Source of the DNA: Podarcis pityusensis
Taxonomy: Eukaryota
Assembly: GCA_964106645.2 (NCBI GenBank)
Contig: OZ067043.1
Direction: 5' to 3' (one strand)
Length of the DNA stretch: 64,000 nt
The notes under the pieces were generated by a model that was given only the letters and a program-made list of their open reading frames with translations, made no database searches and had not been told where the DNA came from. Positions 13,097 to 25,929 of this stretch are shown here, piece by piece; the first letter of the stretch is position 1; every line of letters begins with the position of its first letter. Made by a program: the position numbers and the translations under genes.

Positions 13097-13449
13097 TGGT
13101 GCTGGAGGAGACTCTTGAGAGTCCCATGGACTGCAAGAAGATCAAACGTATCAATTCTGAAGGAAATCAGCCCTGAGTGCTCACTGGAAGGACAGATCGT
13201 GAAGCTGAGGCTCCAGTACTTTGGCCACCTCATGAGAAGAGAAGACTCCCTGGAAAAGACCCTGATGTTGGGAAAGATGGAGGGCACAAGGAGAAGGGGA
13301 CGACAGAGGACGAGATGGTTGGACAGCGTTCTCGAAGCTACAAACATGAGTCTGACCAAACTGCGGGAGGCAGTGGAAGACAGGAGTGCCTGGCGTGCTC
13401 TGGTCCATGGGGTCACGAAGAGTCAGACACGACTAAACGACTAAACAAC
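13097..13449 (+). mobile_element. Bov-B (RTE-clade) LINE 3' fragment
   Basis: Peptide WCWRRLLRVPWTARRSN...LQYFGHLMRREDSLEKTLMLGK...RW...HGVTKS.TRL is the Bov-B ORF C-terminus. (CAA)-type tail and a 13-bp TSD aataaaacatgga at 13084-13096 and 13450-13462. Confidence 0.93.
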
Positions 13450-13850
13450 AATAAAACATGGAGCAGTTTCTTATAACTTTGAGTAAGGGACGTTTTCACT
13501 TAAATGTCTGTGTCTCCCAGCACCTGTGAAAAATAACCACTACAGTTTGACTGTAACGCTGTGTCAAAGCACGGAGCAAAGGTTTGCAGGAGGCCAGAGC
13601 TGGGATTTTATTTTATTTTGTACGCTTGCATTGTCGCAGGATTGAAAACCAATAAAAATAGATGCTTTAAAAAACTGAACTGGAATGGACGGAGCTGCAA
13701 AGCATAAGGGGAGGGGGTTTGACCAGAAGCCTTCGCCAGCTGGCATTCCCTAGCAAGCGCTGAAAGCCACGCGGAGGGCAGTGCGAGCTCCCGGGTTACG
13801 TAACTCCGCGCTCCGGCAGCCTTACCAGCCGCGTCGGCTCAAAAGGATCA

Positions 13851-13869
13851 CAGTGCCCTCTGGTGGTCG
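13851..13869 (-). promoter_or_regulatory. CTCF-binding motif
   Basis: Minus strand CCACCAGAGGGCACTG is a near-consensus CTCF core, inside a small CpG-rich patch (about 13730-14010). Confidence 0.65.
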
Positions 13870-15619
13870 CTCTGCATAACTGAGCATTTAGCAAGAGGCT
13901 GCGCTCCTTTGGTGCTCCTCCACATTCCTCTCTGCCCGACCGTTTCTGTACTTTACTAGATTCTAAACGGGCCACGCAGCCAGATCTGACGCTGTTGAGA
14001 GCAAGGCGGGGTAATGTAAGTGTCAGGACCCAGTGGAGCCTTAATGCAGGCAGAGGCTCATGTTCACAAGGAGCTTGTTGCAGGAATCCTCAGGCACCTG
14101 GGAATCCAAGGAGAGGTGTCAACAGGGCCCCTTCAGCCAAGCACTTCTGGTTGCCAGTTCTTGGAAAATCAAGACAAATATTGATTAATTGATTGATTGA
14201 TTGATTTGATTTGATTGAATTTAACTTCTTCCCTCTCAAAGGAGCCCAGGGCGGCCAATACATCAGTGTTAAAACCGTACAGTTTTTAAAAGAATAACAT
14301 ATTAAATAATAAACATCTAAAACAATTGCATACTTCCACAGCAACTGCTTCCAGGTTGCAAGGAACAGAAAATGTTGACCTTCCCGTTCCCCCATATGTA
14401 GCCTACGATACCAAGGTCCCTAATTCCCAGACAACTGTATATGGAAATTCATTTCTTAATGCAAACCTCTGTAGGACAAACATGCCAGTTGCACAATCTG
14501 AGCATGTGGTCATGTTTTTCCTTTGCTATTTGCCCAGTGTTACAGCTCTGATCAGATTACAAATTGAAGGCTGAGATTATTAAGCCATGGGTATCACACA
14601 CGTACGCACGCACATGGAGAAGCAGGCCGGCCTCACCCTTAGGAAACATTTGCCTTTGGGCACCAGAGTCCACAGGGCAGTGATAATTCCCAGCTCTCCC
14701 TTGCTGCCTGATGTTCATATTTGGTGCTATCAGATCTTAGCTGCACTCAAACAGAGATTGCCCCATGGATGGTCACATCATAGCCTTCCTCTGCCTTGCT
14801 AGCATCGCATCACAATTTGCACCCAGTCTCCTCTGCTAGCAGGGCAGAGGTCTCAACTTGGGGAGGCATGTTAAAGTCCCCAGCAGAGAAAGAAGATACT
14901 TTGAACCCAGTGAGGGTAGCTAGTGCAACACCCCAACAACTTCAGCCTACCCTTGCCCAGCCCCCACCTGCCTGTTTACTTACCAGCAGGCCAGAGGGTG
15001 GACCTAGCTGCTAGCTTCCTCCTTCATAGGGTCTCTCCAGACTGTTTTCTCTGTGTGGGGGAGTGTATTCTACAATACATAATTAATAGTATATTAGTGG
15101 TAGATTTATACTGGACCACCTGCATATCATTCCACTTTACTAGTAGCTCTGCAGTGCTTCCCCCATGTTATTGCATTATTGACATCTTGAAGGACACCCT
15201 TGCACTATAGTGCAACAAAAGTGAGACAAAAATATTTTTCCCAGAACCTTTGGCATCATAAAGGTATAGGATTCCATCAGTAAGTACAGGACATGCACCG
15301 ACTGGAAATGAAATAGTATGTCCACCACAAAACCTGTGCTAAAAGCAGGTTTGTGCATAGCTATCCCAAGACCTTCATGAGTGCACATAATCACGAATGC
15401 ACAAAAAAGGACATCTAAAGGAGCCATATAGTGTTGCCATTATAGCTGTCTATATAGGAATGCAGGCAAAATGAGAATTAGTTGGTTCCGCCTCTCATTG
15501 ACTCCAGCTCCATGTATCATTGGCCTTTTGACCTGTCAGTTCCAATAGGCACCAGGCACCAGTGTCTGAGCCAACACTTCAGTCTAAACAGCTGCACAAT
15601 GCAGAGCCTAATAGGAGTC

Positions 15620-15990
15620 AGGGAAAGATAAAGAAATGTCTGAGGTAACAGCCCACAGAACTTACAGAAATACATGATCTAATTTCACTGTCAAACAGGT
15701 CATAACTCCTTTTAGAGGGCAATCTGTTAACCATTACTGAGGATAGTAATTTAGTGTCCTGATTGATACGCTCTATTGGGCAGCAAGAGCCCACTAGAAG
15801 AGAGCATTTACCTGGTGTCCGTAGCGCCACGATTTTTGATTTCTGCCATGAATCAGCTACGGTACCTCCCTCTAGCATGCTGTTGAATTTAGTGAGCCAT
15901 GGTGTGGCTTTATAGAAGTTGCTAGTGAACCCATGTTCCCTGGATGATTCACCACTTGTGAGGTGTTTCATAGTGTTAATAAGACTTGCT
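15620..15990 (-). mobile_element. Old L1/Tx1-like RT remnant
   Basis: Degenerate peptide GFTSNFYK...WQKSKIVAL..PGK...CPI..INQDTKLLSSVMVNRL resembles the N-terminal RT region of L1 ORF2. Confidence 0.6.
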
Positions 15991-16119
15991 TCTGAGTTGA
16001 CATTGTCAGGACTGTGCTGTTTGTCACCTCCCCCCCCCCAAAAAAAATTAGAAAGGTACAGACATCATAGTCTTTCCTCCCATGCAAGGTGCTGATAATT
16101 TTGGTTGCCCATTCCTGCA

Positions 16120-16490
16120 CCAAACTCTAAGATATCCTTTTTGAGCTACAGCAACTAGAACTGTACACAGTATTCCAAGTGTGCTTGTATAAGGGCATTG
16201 TGCTACAGGCAGTTTTGTTTTTTATTCCCATCCTAATAATCCCTGGCATGGAATTCACCACCTTCACAGCACACTCGGTGAACATTTAATTGAGTTGTCC
16301 ACCAAGTTCCCTTTCATTGTGAGCCACTGCCTTTTTGGATCATATTGGCCTATGTGTGAAGCTATCCCCCCCCCCATCACTTTATTAAATTGACTCTCAT
16401 TTGCCATCTTGCTGCTCAGTTCAGCCAGCCAGAGAGGTCTTTTGAGTCCTTTGTAGCCTGCTTGCGTTTTCAGTATCCCGAATAATGTGA
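16120..16490 (-). mobile_element. Old CR1-like remnant
   Basis: aactgtacacagtattccaagtgtg reverse-translates to HLEYCVQF, the same motif as in the CR1 at 20455. Confidence 0.55.
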
Positions 16491-16758
16491 AAATTGAGAT
16501 GCCACAGATGAAACTGGAATTTGGAAGATAGGGCTATCATGATGACTATGTATTACCTCCAAGACCAGAGTCCGTAAGCCTCTGAATCCTCAGTGTTGCT
16601 GGGGAACACAAGCAGGAGATGGCTGTGGTGTGCTCATGTCCTGCTTGTGGACTTCTCAAAGGCACCTGGTTGACCTTTGGAGGAACAGAATGCTGATGGA
16701 GATGGGCCTTTGGCCTGATCCAGCCCAACCTTGTTGATTATGTCTCTTTACTCCCCTA

Positions 16759-17505
16759 CCTGGGGTGTATGGGGTGTTCAGGGAAGGGTAGTACCTCTGG
16801 TGGGGGACATGTCATGTTCCTTTGGGGGTAGTTTGTCCACCTTTGGTTCCCATCCAACGCAGCTCTCACCTTGTGGGTCCTGGAAGCTGTCAGCAAGTGA
16901 CAGCAGCCACACCCTGGTAAACAGTTTTGACTGGCCGGCTATACCAGGTAACGGTAGCCAATGGATCTTAAACCCTCCGTGAGTAAGGGACTTGCCCCTG
17001 CATGTGAAGACAGGCTCCAGCAAATTGAGTGGACAAGACCAACAGTGGGCCCAACACTCAAGAAGGTGGTTTCTGCACATGCTGTAGAGGGAAGTGAGAG
17101 GCAGAGGGGGCTCATCAACCTTGGAACATAACCCGTCTAAGAGGAGGAAAAACTGATCCTAAACCTCCGCTGCCTTGTGGGATATCTTCAGGAGAAGAAA
17201 AGGCTAAGAAGTAAACCCTACACAAATCTGAAGCGTAGTCCCTAAGATGGTTGGATGGTGCCTTGTATGCCTCCTTCCAGCAACTCTTACAGCCAAGCTG
17301 ATGCCAAAAGCACTGCTCTGCTTTCTTTTGGACCACTTCAGTGAGACTGAGGGGGGTGGGTCTTGTCATCTGTGCAGCCCAGGACCTCCATCTATACTGC
17401 TCAGGCTTGTGCCCCAGGGAGGTCACCGGTGCTTCTAATGCAGTGGTTTGACTTCAACCCCAGAGGTGCATTCCAAGGTCTCTTGAGACAGGCGGGTGCC
17501 AACAA
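16759..17505 (+). mobile_element. Non-coding retroposon-like insertion (RTE/Vingi-related?)
   Basis: 9-bp direct repeat actccccta at 16750-16758 and 17506-17514, short caacaa tail, GC-richer than the flanks. Family assignment is uncertain. Confidence 0.55.
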
Positions 17506-19589
17506 ACTCCCCTATGTGAATTTCTTATTCCATGTCAGGACAATTATTTACAGTGCAATCCTATACATGACTACTCAGAAGAACTAAGGCTGTCAGAATT
17601 AAATAGGGCTTGCTCCCAGGCAACTGGGGTAATGCACGGCTGACTTGTTTTTGGAAAGAAGAAATACATACGATTCTAGCATTCTTATCGAGCTGTGTTG
17701 ATAGTACACTATACAAAGTCTTCACAAGGGGGCATAATTCTACTTTGGAAATGTAATTGAAGTTAGGACAAGATACAGTACAGCCTCTTTGCATCAAGAC
17801 CTGCCAGCGACTGAGTTCTTCTGAGAACTCTGACCCTAGCTTTTGTTCTACAAGTGCTGCTCCCTGGAAGCTACCTGGCATGCAGGCATACAGAACTGCT
17901 ACACTAACTCCACCCAAAGCAGCTCATGTTTGTGATTTTTACAAAGCTAACACAGAGAACACCAGCCACTTCATGATTTGCACTGAGGGCCTCATTCACT
18001 TCCAATGGTTGGACTATCACGTAACGTATGCAAGCAGGCAGCTGGTTCCACTCGAATTACACCCCCCCCCAGCAGTTCAGTGAGCAACACCTCAGAGGCC
18101 AAGTATTGTGATTCTTTCTGCCCTGTTTATAGGATCAAGGCCTCATCACAATATCCAGGTGATTCATGTTTTCTGTCATCTTAGGGCATTGCTGTGCTAG
18201 TTGCGTTTTCATTTTCCCTTACCCCACAGAACAGGAGCTTATATTATCACCAAAGATGGTGGAGATGAGGAGCCTGTAGGCCCTTCCTCTTGGTACCATC
18301 TTCTTTCCCCTCCATCTTTCACATTTTGCATAGCTGTACTCAGTCCACCCCCTCCATCCCAACACATAACATTCCCATTAGTACTGCTTTTTCTTTAGAT
18401 GCCATCTGAGCATTAGACTTGTATCCTATTTCCAGATGTCTCTTTAAATGTGAAGGTTCATTTTTGTTCCACAAGATGTGTATGTCTTTAAGGGCCAGAG
18501 CAAATAACGAGACCCAGTTTTACAGCTGTGAAACAGTATAGCAGGTGCTGCTAAGTTGTGTTAATTAAGCTGTGTCAGCAATTGGTTATAGTATATAAAG
18601 AGCAGCACCTAGCTCTCTCAGTACCCTGGGGGATGGGTTGGTGGTTGGGTCATGCTTGTTGATATATTTAGTGTAAAAGGAGTTTTTGTTTTTATTATTA
18701 AAACCTTGTTAAAGTTATTTTTGAGTTCCTTGTCATGTGTGGTCGCCCCAGCAAGCTTTCTGCAGCGCAACTAAACTGCAAATAGCCAACACCAGGGGCA
18801 TACCTAGGGGTTGGCAAAACCAGCCCCAACCAGGGACTCAAGCCAGGGGTGGGACAAGAATCACTTATCAGATCATGGAGTGTATGATGTATATATGCAA
18901 GATCAAATGCGAGAGAAGTTTCCCGTCCTTTTTGCACCATGGCACAAAGGTGTGCATTTTATTTATTTCTTTATTTGACCTTTCTACTCACCTCGCCCTC
19001 ACTCTGAATGCTTTGAGTACTTGAATCACGTAAAATGTAGCAATTTCTACAGTAGCTATTGTGGTAAAGTTTTTTTTCTGGCACCAGTGCAGATACAGCT
19101 CCTTGCCAAAGGTGCAAAAGACCCTAGGTAAACCTCTGCCTATTTCAGTTTTAGAAGCTGTATAAGGAGTTTCAGAACAATAGATGCTCCAGCAGCCGAA
19201 GCTTAGGGAGTTTTCACCTGACCATCTTGCCTAAAAGAGTAAATATTTGTATCCCACTCATTTTTGGTTTTGTTTGGTACACCACCTTCTCTCTAGTTAG
19301 CTATAAACACTATGGGAACAAATGCTTTATTCCCTCTTGCAAAATATAAGAACAGAGCAATAAACCACCAAAGATCTAAGTAACAGTGCTGTGGAAAGTA
19401 GGGTGTTGTACTCATCTTCAAAAAGGGGGGAAATTAAAGCTCATTTAACTACCAACTGGTAAGCTTGACACTGATACCAGGAAAGGTCCTAGAACAGTTA
19501 ATTCAACAGTTGGTCTGTGCACACTTAGAAAAGGATGCTGTGATTATAAAGACCCAATGTGGGTTTCTCAAGAACAACTCATGCCAGAT

Positions 19590-19727
19590 CATGGGTGTAG
19601 TCAAGCCGGGGCAGGGAGGGGCAGCTGCCCTCCCCCCAAATCAATAAAAAATACGTAGGAAAGGTTCTTCCCTGCTCCCCTACAAAAAGGCTTGCTTCCC
19701 CCAACAAAAATCCTGACTATGCCCCTG
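19590..19727. mobile_element. hAT MITE nested in CR1
   Basis: Imperfect TIRs catgggtgtagtcaag / cctgactatgcccctg and a perfect 8-bp TSD tgccagat (19582-19589, 19728-19735). Confidence 0.85.
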
Positions 19728-20325
19728 TGCCAGATGAATCTCATTTCTTTCTTTTTTTATAGTTACAAGCTTGGTAGATCAGGGGAATGCTGTAGACATA
19801 GTATATCTTGATTTCAGTAAGGCTTTTGGCAAGGGCCCCCATGATAGTCTTGTGGAGAAGCTGGTAAATGTGGATTAAACAAGGTAATTGTTAGGTGGAT
19901 TTGTAGCTGGTTGACTGACCAAACCCAAACAGTGCTCAGTAATAGTTCCTCATCATCCTGGGGGGGAAAGTGACAAGTGGGGTGCCACAAGGTTGTCCTG
20001 GGCCTGTTGTTGTTCAACATCTTTATAAATGACTTAGACAAAGGTATTCAAGGGATGCTTATCAAATCTGCAGTTGACACCAAACTGGGAAGGGTAGTCA
20101 ATGCCGCTAAAGACAGAATCAGGATTCAAGATTGCCTTAACAGATGGGAGAACTGAACCAAAACTAAGAAAAAGAATTTCAACAGGGACAAATGTAAGGT
20201 TCTACACTTAGGCAGGAAGAATGAGTTCCACAACTTATAGGATGGGGAACACTTGGCTAGCCAGTAGTAGATGTGAAAAGGATCTAGGGGTCATAGTAGA
20301 CCACTAGCTTAACAATGTGATGCAG

Positions 20326-20364
20326 AAACAAACAAACAAACAAACAAACAAACAAACAAACAAA
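20326..20364. repeat. (AAAC)n microsatellite within CR1
   Basis: Directly visible. Confidence 0.95.
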
Positions 20365-22669
20365 GCTAATGTTATTCTAGGCTGCATCAACAGAACTATA
20401 GTGTCCAGATCAAGGGAAGTAATAGTTCCGTTCTATTCTGCCTTGGTCAGACCACACCTGGAATACTGGGTCCAATTCTGGGCACAATTTCAGAAGGAGA
20501 GCAACCAAGATGATCAAGGGTCTAGAAACCAAGCCTTGTGAGTAGTGGCTGAAGGAGCTAGGGATGTTTAGCTAAAAAAGAGGAGACTGAGAGGAAGTAT
20601 GATAGCCATCTTCAAGCATCTGAAGGGCTGTCACATGGAAGATGGAGGAAGCTTGTTTTCTCCTGCTCTGGAAGGTAGGACTTGAACCAATAGCTTCAAG
20701 TTACAAAAAAGGGTATTTTGACTAAACATCAGAAAGAACTTTCCAACAGTAAGAGCTGTTAGACATTGGAGTGGTCTCCGTTAGGAGGTTGTAGACGCTC
20801 CATTTGAGGCTTTTAAGCAGAGATTGGATGGTCATCTGTCATGGATGCTTTAGATGAGATTCCTGCATTGCAGGGGGTTGGACTATATGACCCTTGGGGT
20901 CCCTTCCAACCCTAAGATTTTATTATTCTATTATCTGTCATTCCACATAATTTCCCCCCCACAATAATCGCAGGCTGTGGATATTTGCTGAGAGCAGGGG
21001 AGGTAAACTCTGAATCCAGCTTTTCCAGTGTTACAGGATGTTTGTAGGAACTAAGAGGCTTAGCGATATCAAGAGCAGTGGTGCTCTCTCTCTCTTTCTT
21101 TCACAAACACACACGTACATACACTTGCCTGATTAATCAGGTATTCAGCTTATCCCACACCTCTTTCTCTGGTCTGTAAACAAAGACACTCCTTAGAGAA
21201 GTATCACACACACAAACCTGGATCTATTAGAAAATCTAATTTGAGGCCAAGATCATCTTCCATTTATCCAGCCAGACAAGCATATTTCAAAATTCAAGCA
21301 GAGGCGGCTAAGCTTCACACAAGGGACCAAATTAGTTTATCAACACACAAGTATAAAACCAGCCATCTGCACACCAAACTAGCTAGTTTGAAATCAGGTT
21401 ATGCGCTAGCGATTAACCAAATCCAAAATCATGTCAGCACTAGATTTAGTGAGTCACAACTAGTTCAAAGGCTTCCAGCAGGGCGAAATAAGATTTACAC
21501 CGTCAGCATGAGCAGAATCTAGCTCTCTGTTACAGCAAAGAAGTGAATAAAAGTTATCCTTTCTGTAAGATGCACACAACTAACTGCATGCTTTCGTCAG
21601 ATCTCGCTACCAACCAGCTACCCTAGAATACCCCCCACAGGATAGCTGCCCTTACTTCATTTTAAACCCCTTAATAAGTCTGCAAAGTTCTCAGGACAGA
21701 TCGCTATGTACACCCTCCCACTCTGCACCTAGCTAAGTAATCTACAACGGAAAAGCTCCCTCCACCAGATGACTGAGTGGATGGCCAGAGCCCATCATCC
21801 CTACAGATTCCTCTGTTCAGATGTGGCCTCCAGTTCCAGCCCCAGCTCATGAAACCCATCTTGTTTGGGACAGTCATTTTGCCTGTGCTAATAGCTCCGC
21901 ATCAAGTTTGCACAAGCCCAGCCCTTAAAATGAGTATGAGTGCCTGTGGGAGGGAGGGAGAAAGACCTGCTTGTTGGGCTTGGGACCTGCCAGAACTTAG
22001 TCACCCTTATTAATTTAAAGAGGAAGCTTTCGTGCCTAGCAAGGAGTGAAACTACCAGTAGATCCAGTACAGGAGCTCAGCTGAGCCAGAGGGATGGGTC
22101 ATGCCCAGCCTTGATAGAATTTGTGGAGGAACCTGTCCTCTAGCCACCTGGCATCACAGAGACTCAGAAGTCCTTGCTTCCTTTTAATACAGCTGCAAAC
22201 ACAATCCTGGTTCCTGAGTAGGGTGGCCAGCTACAGACAATGATGGGACTCCTGCGCCTTTAACAAGTGTGTAAAAGTGGGGATTTTAGCAGGTACATAA
22301 ACACCACTTACTTCCACACAACTATTAATGGCATAGGAACCCTATCCCTCTTTGCACCTGGCCACCTCATACCTGAATTTCCGTCTGTGTTAGGCACCCA
22401 AGCAAAATGGGGAGAAAACTGAAACTGGCACATCTGCAGGTTTCGTTAGTCCAAGTGTTACTGAACTCCCAACTCGTATCAGCCACAAGGGATTGGGAAT
22501 GACAAGAGTTGCAGTCCAACCACTTCTGGAGGGCCACAGGTCCCCCACTCTTGTTTTTAAACCTAACTTGTGAAACAAAGAGCAGTTTCCTATTTTAAAA
22601 GATGTCTACCTCGCCATTTCAGACGCCGTCCTCCTGCCCACATATTTTTTGCAGTTAAATTAGAAATAA

Positions 22670-25043
22670 ACTACTTTAGTTCAGATTTTTTATTATTTGT
22701 CTGCATCAGATCAACAATCTTTAAAAGGTATGCATATAGAGAAAACTAACATTTTGCACGGTAGATTGCTCGATGGGCCCAAGCCAAACACACACACAAT
22801 ATTAACAATATAATACAGACAGGTGCAGTGTACATACCAGGGCTGAGGTCATTCACCCAGCCTATAAAAAAACAACAACAAAAAACAATACATTTACAGC
22901 ATTTTTAAAAAGAATTACAACTTGTTTGCAGGAGCTACATATTGAGAGGGTCCTTTTCTCTTCGGAAAGAAAGTTTCAAGTATAGCAGAAATGGACAAAA
23001 ATGCCCTTTACAAAAAAAATTTAAAGTAAAAAAGCTGCCATGGCAGTTGTAGGAGAGGGATTGCAGCTGCAGCAGTACCTGGCTTCATGATCATCCTTTG
23101 GAAGGAGACACCAAAACAGATATTAAAAGGTTATCAGTTAATCAACCAAATCATTAGCCTTGTAGAACAGATTGCTTTCATGATCCAAACAGCATCTTTA
23201 CTTTGAGCAAAGGAATAGGCACTTCAGGACAAATGATTGCAAGAACAGAACCATAGTTTTCAGTTGTACTTTTACAAAAATGTCGCTAGTACTTTTACAA
23301 AAATGTCGCTAGTACATAAATCTACAAGAGTCTTGGAGCATTCGTTGCCTTACACATTTGTTTAAGAAGCAAGCAAAGATGGCTTTCTTTCCCATTTACG
23401 AAGACAAGAGGTTGAAAATCATGTTACATTCTCACAAAGCACCTAGAGGTATTGCAACCAAGCAGATGTATGGACATCTTCTTGTCAGTTAAAAGCTAAG
23501 ACAGTTTGGTTGCAATACTATGCACACTTATCTGCGAGTAAGCCCTGCTGAAAAAAAAGTGGGATTTATTTTTCAGTAAACATATAGGATTGTACAGTTA
23601 GCCAGCCAAAGCACAATTCTATATAAACTTATTTAAAAGTGGCTCCCACTGCATTTAGTGTGACTTGTTCCGTTGAAAGCAAAGATCACATCCACAAGAA
23701 ATTTAGCTGGTTGACAGCACCGAAGTAGTACACATTTATAAGGCAACTTTTTGAAGGTTTTGCTTATAAATATGTGATATCTCAATTTTGCAGGGAAAAA
23801 GTGTATTTGAATGTTAAGGCATTTTTGGCAATGCTTTAGCAGCATCTCTGAGCAGGACAAGGGGGGGGGGAATTAACATTGCATACTTTGGGGATACTTT
23901 GCATACTTTAGGCATACTTTGGGGTTAAGGGTTGGGGGGGAGAAAGACAGGATTCCTCTGCTTAATAAAAGTTGTGTAGAAGATGTAAGCCTGCGTGACA
24001 ACTTACAACTATTAAACTATACAACTAATTAAAGATGCCGGAGTCTTGTCCTCATTTTCAGCTTGGTCACCTTAGAACACTTGCTAAACTCAATGGTGCT
24101 TTTTTTGAATGCATGGATTGTGCTGTTAGTCCCATTAAACTCAAATGGGACTGGCTTCTGAGTTAAGTATCAGCAGGATTGTCCTGCACTACATTGGTCC
24201 TTGAAACCCTTCAGCTCATGCAATCTTCCAGAATAAGTTTTGCCTTTTGTTCAGGGTTTATATTTTGGTTTTACAGCCTGTTCCAGAAGTGACCATTTCA
24301 GAAAAAAGTTGACTTCCCCCTAGTCCCTTCCCTGGTCATTATATACATTGGCAAAACATGAGGTAACACCCCCGCCCAAATCTATCTTTGATTAAAAAAT
24401 TTTGGTATGAGATGCAGATGTTTTAATTCACTGGGGTAACATAGTTCAAGCCAACCTTTTTGGATCTGTCCCTTTTGGCACCATCCCTTTGAACAAAAGG
24501 AGCCAGCAAGTTTAAATTTGTCCCTCTTTTCCTCAAGGATACCTACTATAAAAAGGTAGTTTGACAAGAGCAAGCATTTTACATTACAAGATAAAAAATA
24601 AAGACCATTGTACAGAGCAAAACATTAAAAAGTTAAACTCGCTTGAGGCAATTGACATAGTCTTTGAACTATGGCTGTGTGCACACTGAAGATTTGGAAT
24701 GGGAATGGCAGAGATATGCTGCCACAATTATAGTGCCCACACACAAATATTTCCAGTGCAATTTTTCATATACTCTGCTGCAGTTAGATCTGTGTAACTA
24801 TTCACTCTTAAATACACAAACGTTTTCCATATTGCCATGGAAGAACCAACTGGGTTTCCTCTTTAAATATTAAAATGTTTTACTAATATATACATAATTT
24901 ACCTCTTCCAATAAGAAAATATTCCATCCCTTCATAAATAGAGTTCAGAGTCTCTTTGCGTCCCTGCCCCGTTGTCCTGTCCCATCCCCCTCTTCTTCAT
25001 CCCTACCACATCCCACCCAGGTGCCCCGGGAGCAGGCCATGCT
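22670..25043 (-). other. KLF17: Probable KLF17 3' UTR
   Basis: AU-rich sequence downstream of the stop, with TGTATATA Pumilio-type elements (24887-24894, 24340-24347) and an AATAAA at 22689-22694. The distal end is inferred. Confidence 0.5.
22689..22694 (-). terminator. Candidate polyadenylation signal for KLF17
   Basis: AATAAA on the minus strand, preceded by U-rich and UGUA elements and followed by T-rich sequence. Confidence 0.45.
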
Positions 25044-25328
<285 letters not shown>

Positions 25329-25929
25329 TCATGTGGGCCTATTCCAGGGAATGTGCTCTCCACTGATCTCACATCCCTGGTGAAAACTGGCCCCAACGAT
25401 GTCCTACATTGGACATAACCGCTTTACATCAAACTCGCATTAGTTCAACCTAGTCAGCGGTCTTAACTGGAGAGTTCTGTAAACAAACTTCCGGGCAAAC
25501 AACATGCACAGGATTGTATTGCATGCGCCTTTCCAGAAACAATTTAATTCGTGGAATAAAGCAACAAGGCGCACTGGCGCTGTCCTGCCAAGCTCTGCTC
25601 CTGCAGCGTCCCCTGTACACAAGCCGCACATTCCCGGGAAGACATGATTAGCCAAAGCACGCCCAAGTGTCATATAAGATCAGCCTGGCAGAGTTTGCTG
25701 CCAGTTTTCGCACACTCTGCGAGTCTGCCCTGCGTCCAATTCTCCACATTGCTACACCCTGTGCGCCCACGGGGGGGGGGGGAACACCTCCGCCCCGTTC
25801 CTCCTCTTGGGGAGCCCTTCTCCGCGAGCCCGCTTCCCCACATCCACCCACCCGAGGCGGTCCACATCCCCCTCCCTAACTCCACTCCCAGCCCCGCGCC
25901 CTCCTGCCCGGGCCCTGCGCCCTTCTTAC

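Larger units (their letters stand above)
19403..20933 (+). mobile_element. CR1 LINE fragment (RT C-terminal region and 3' UTR), degraded
   Basis: Peptides LTLIPGKVLEQ, YLDFSKAF and [10 protein letters not shown]...[17 protein letters not shown]; CR1-type 3' end ggtcccttccaac...attctat. Confidence 0.9.
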
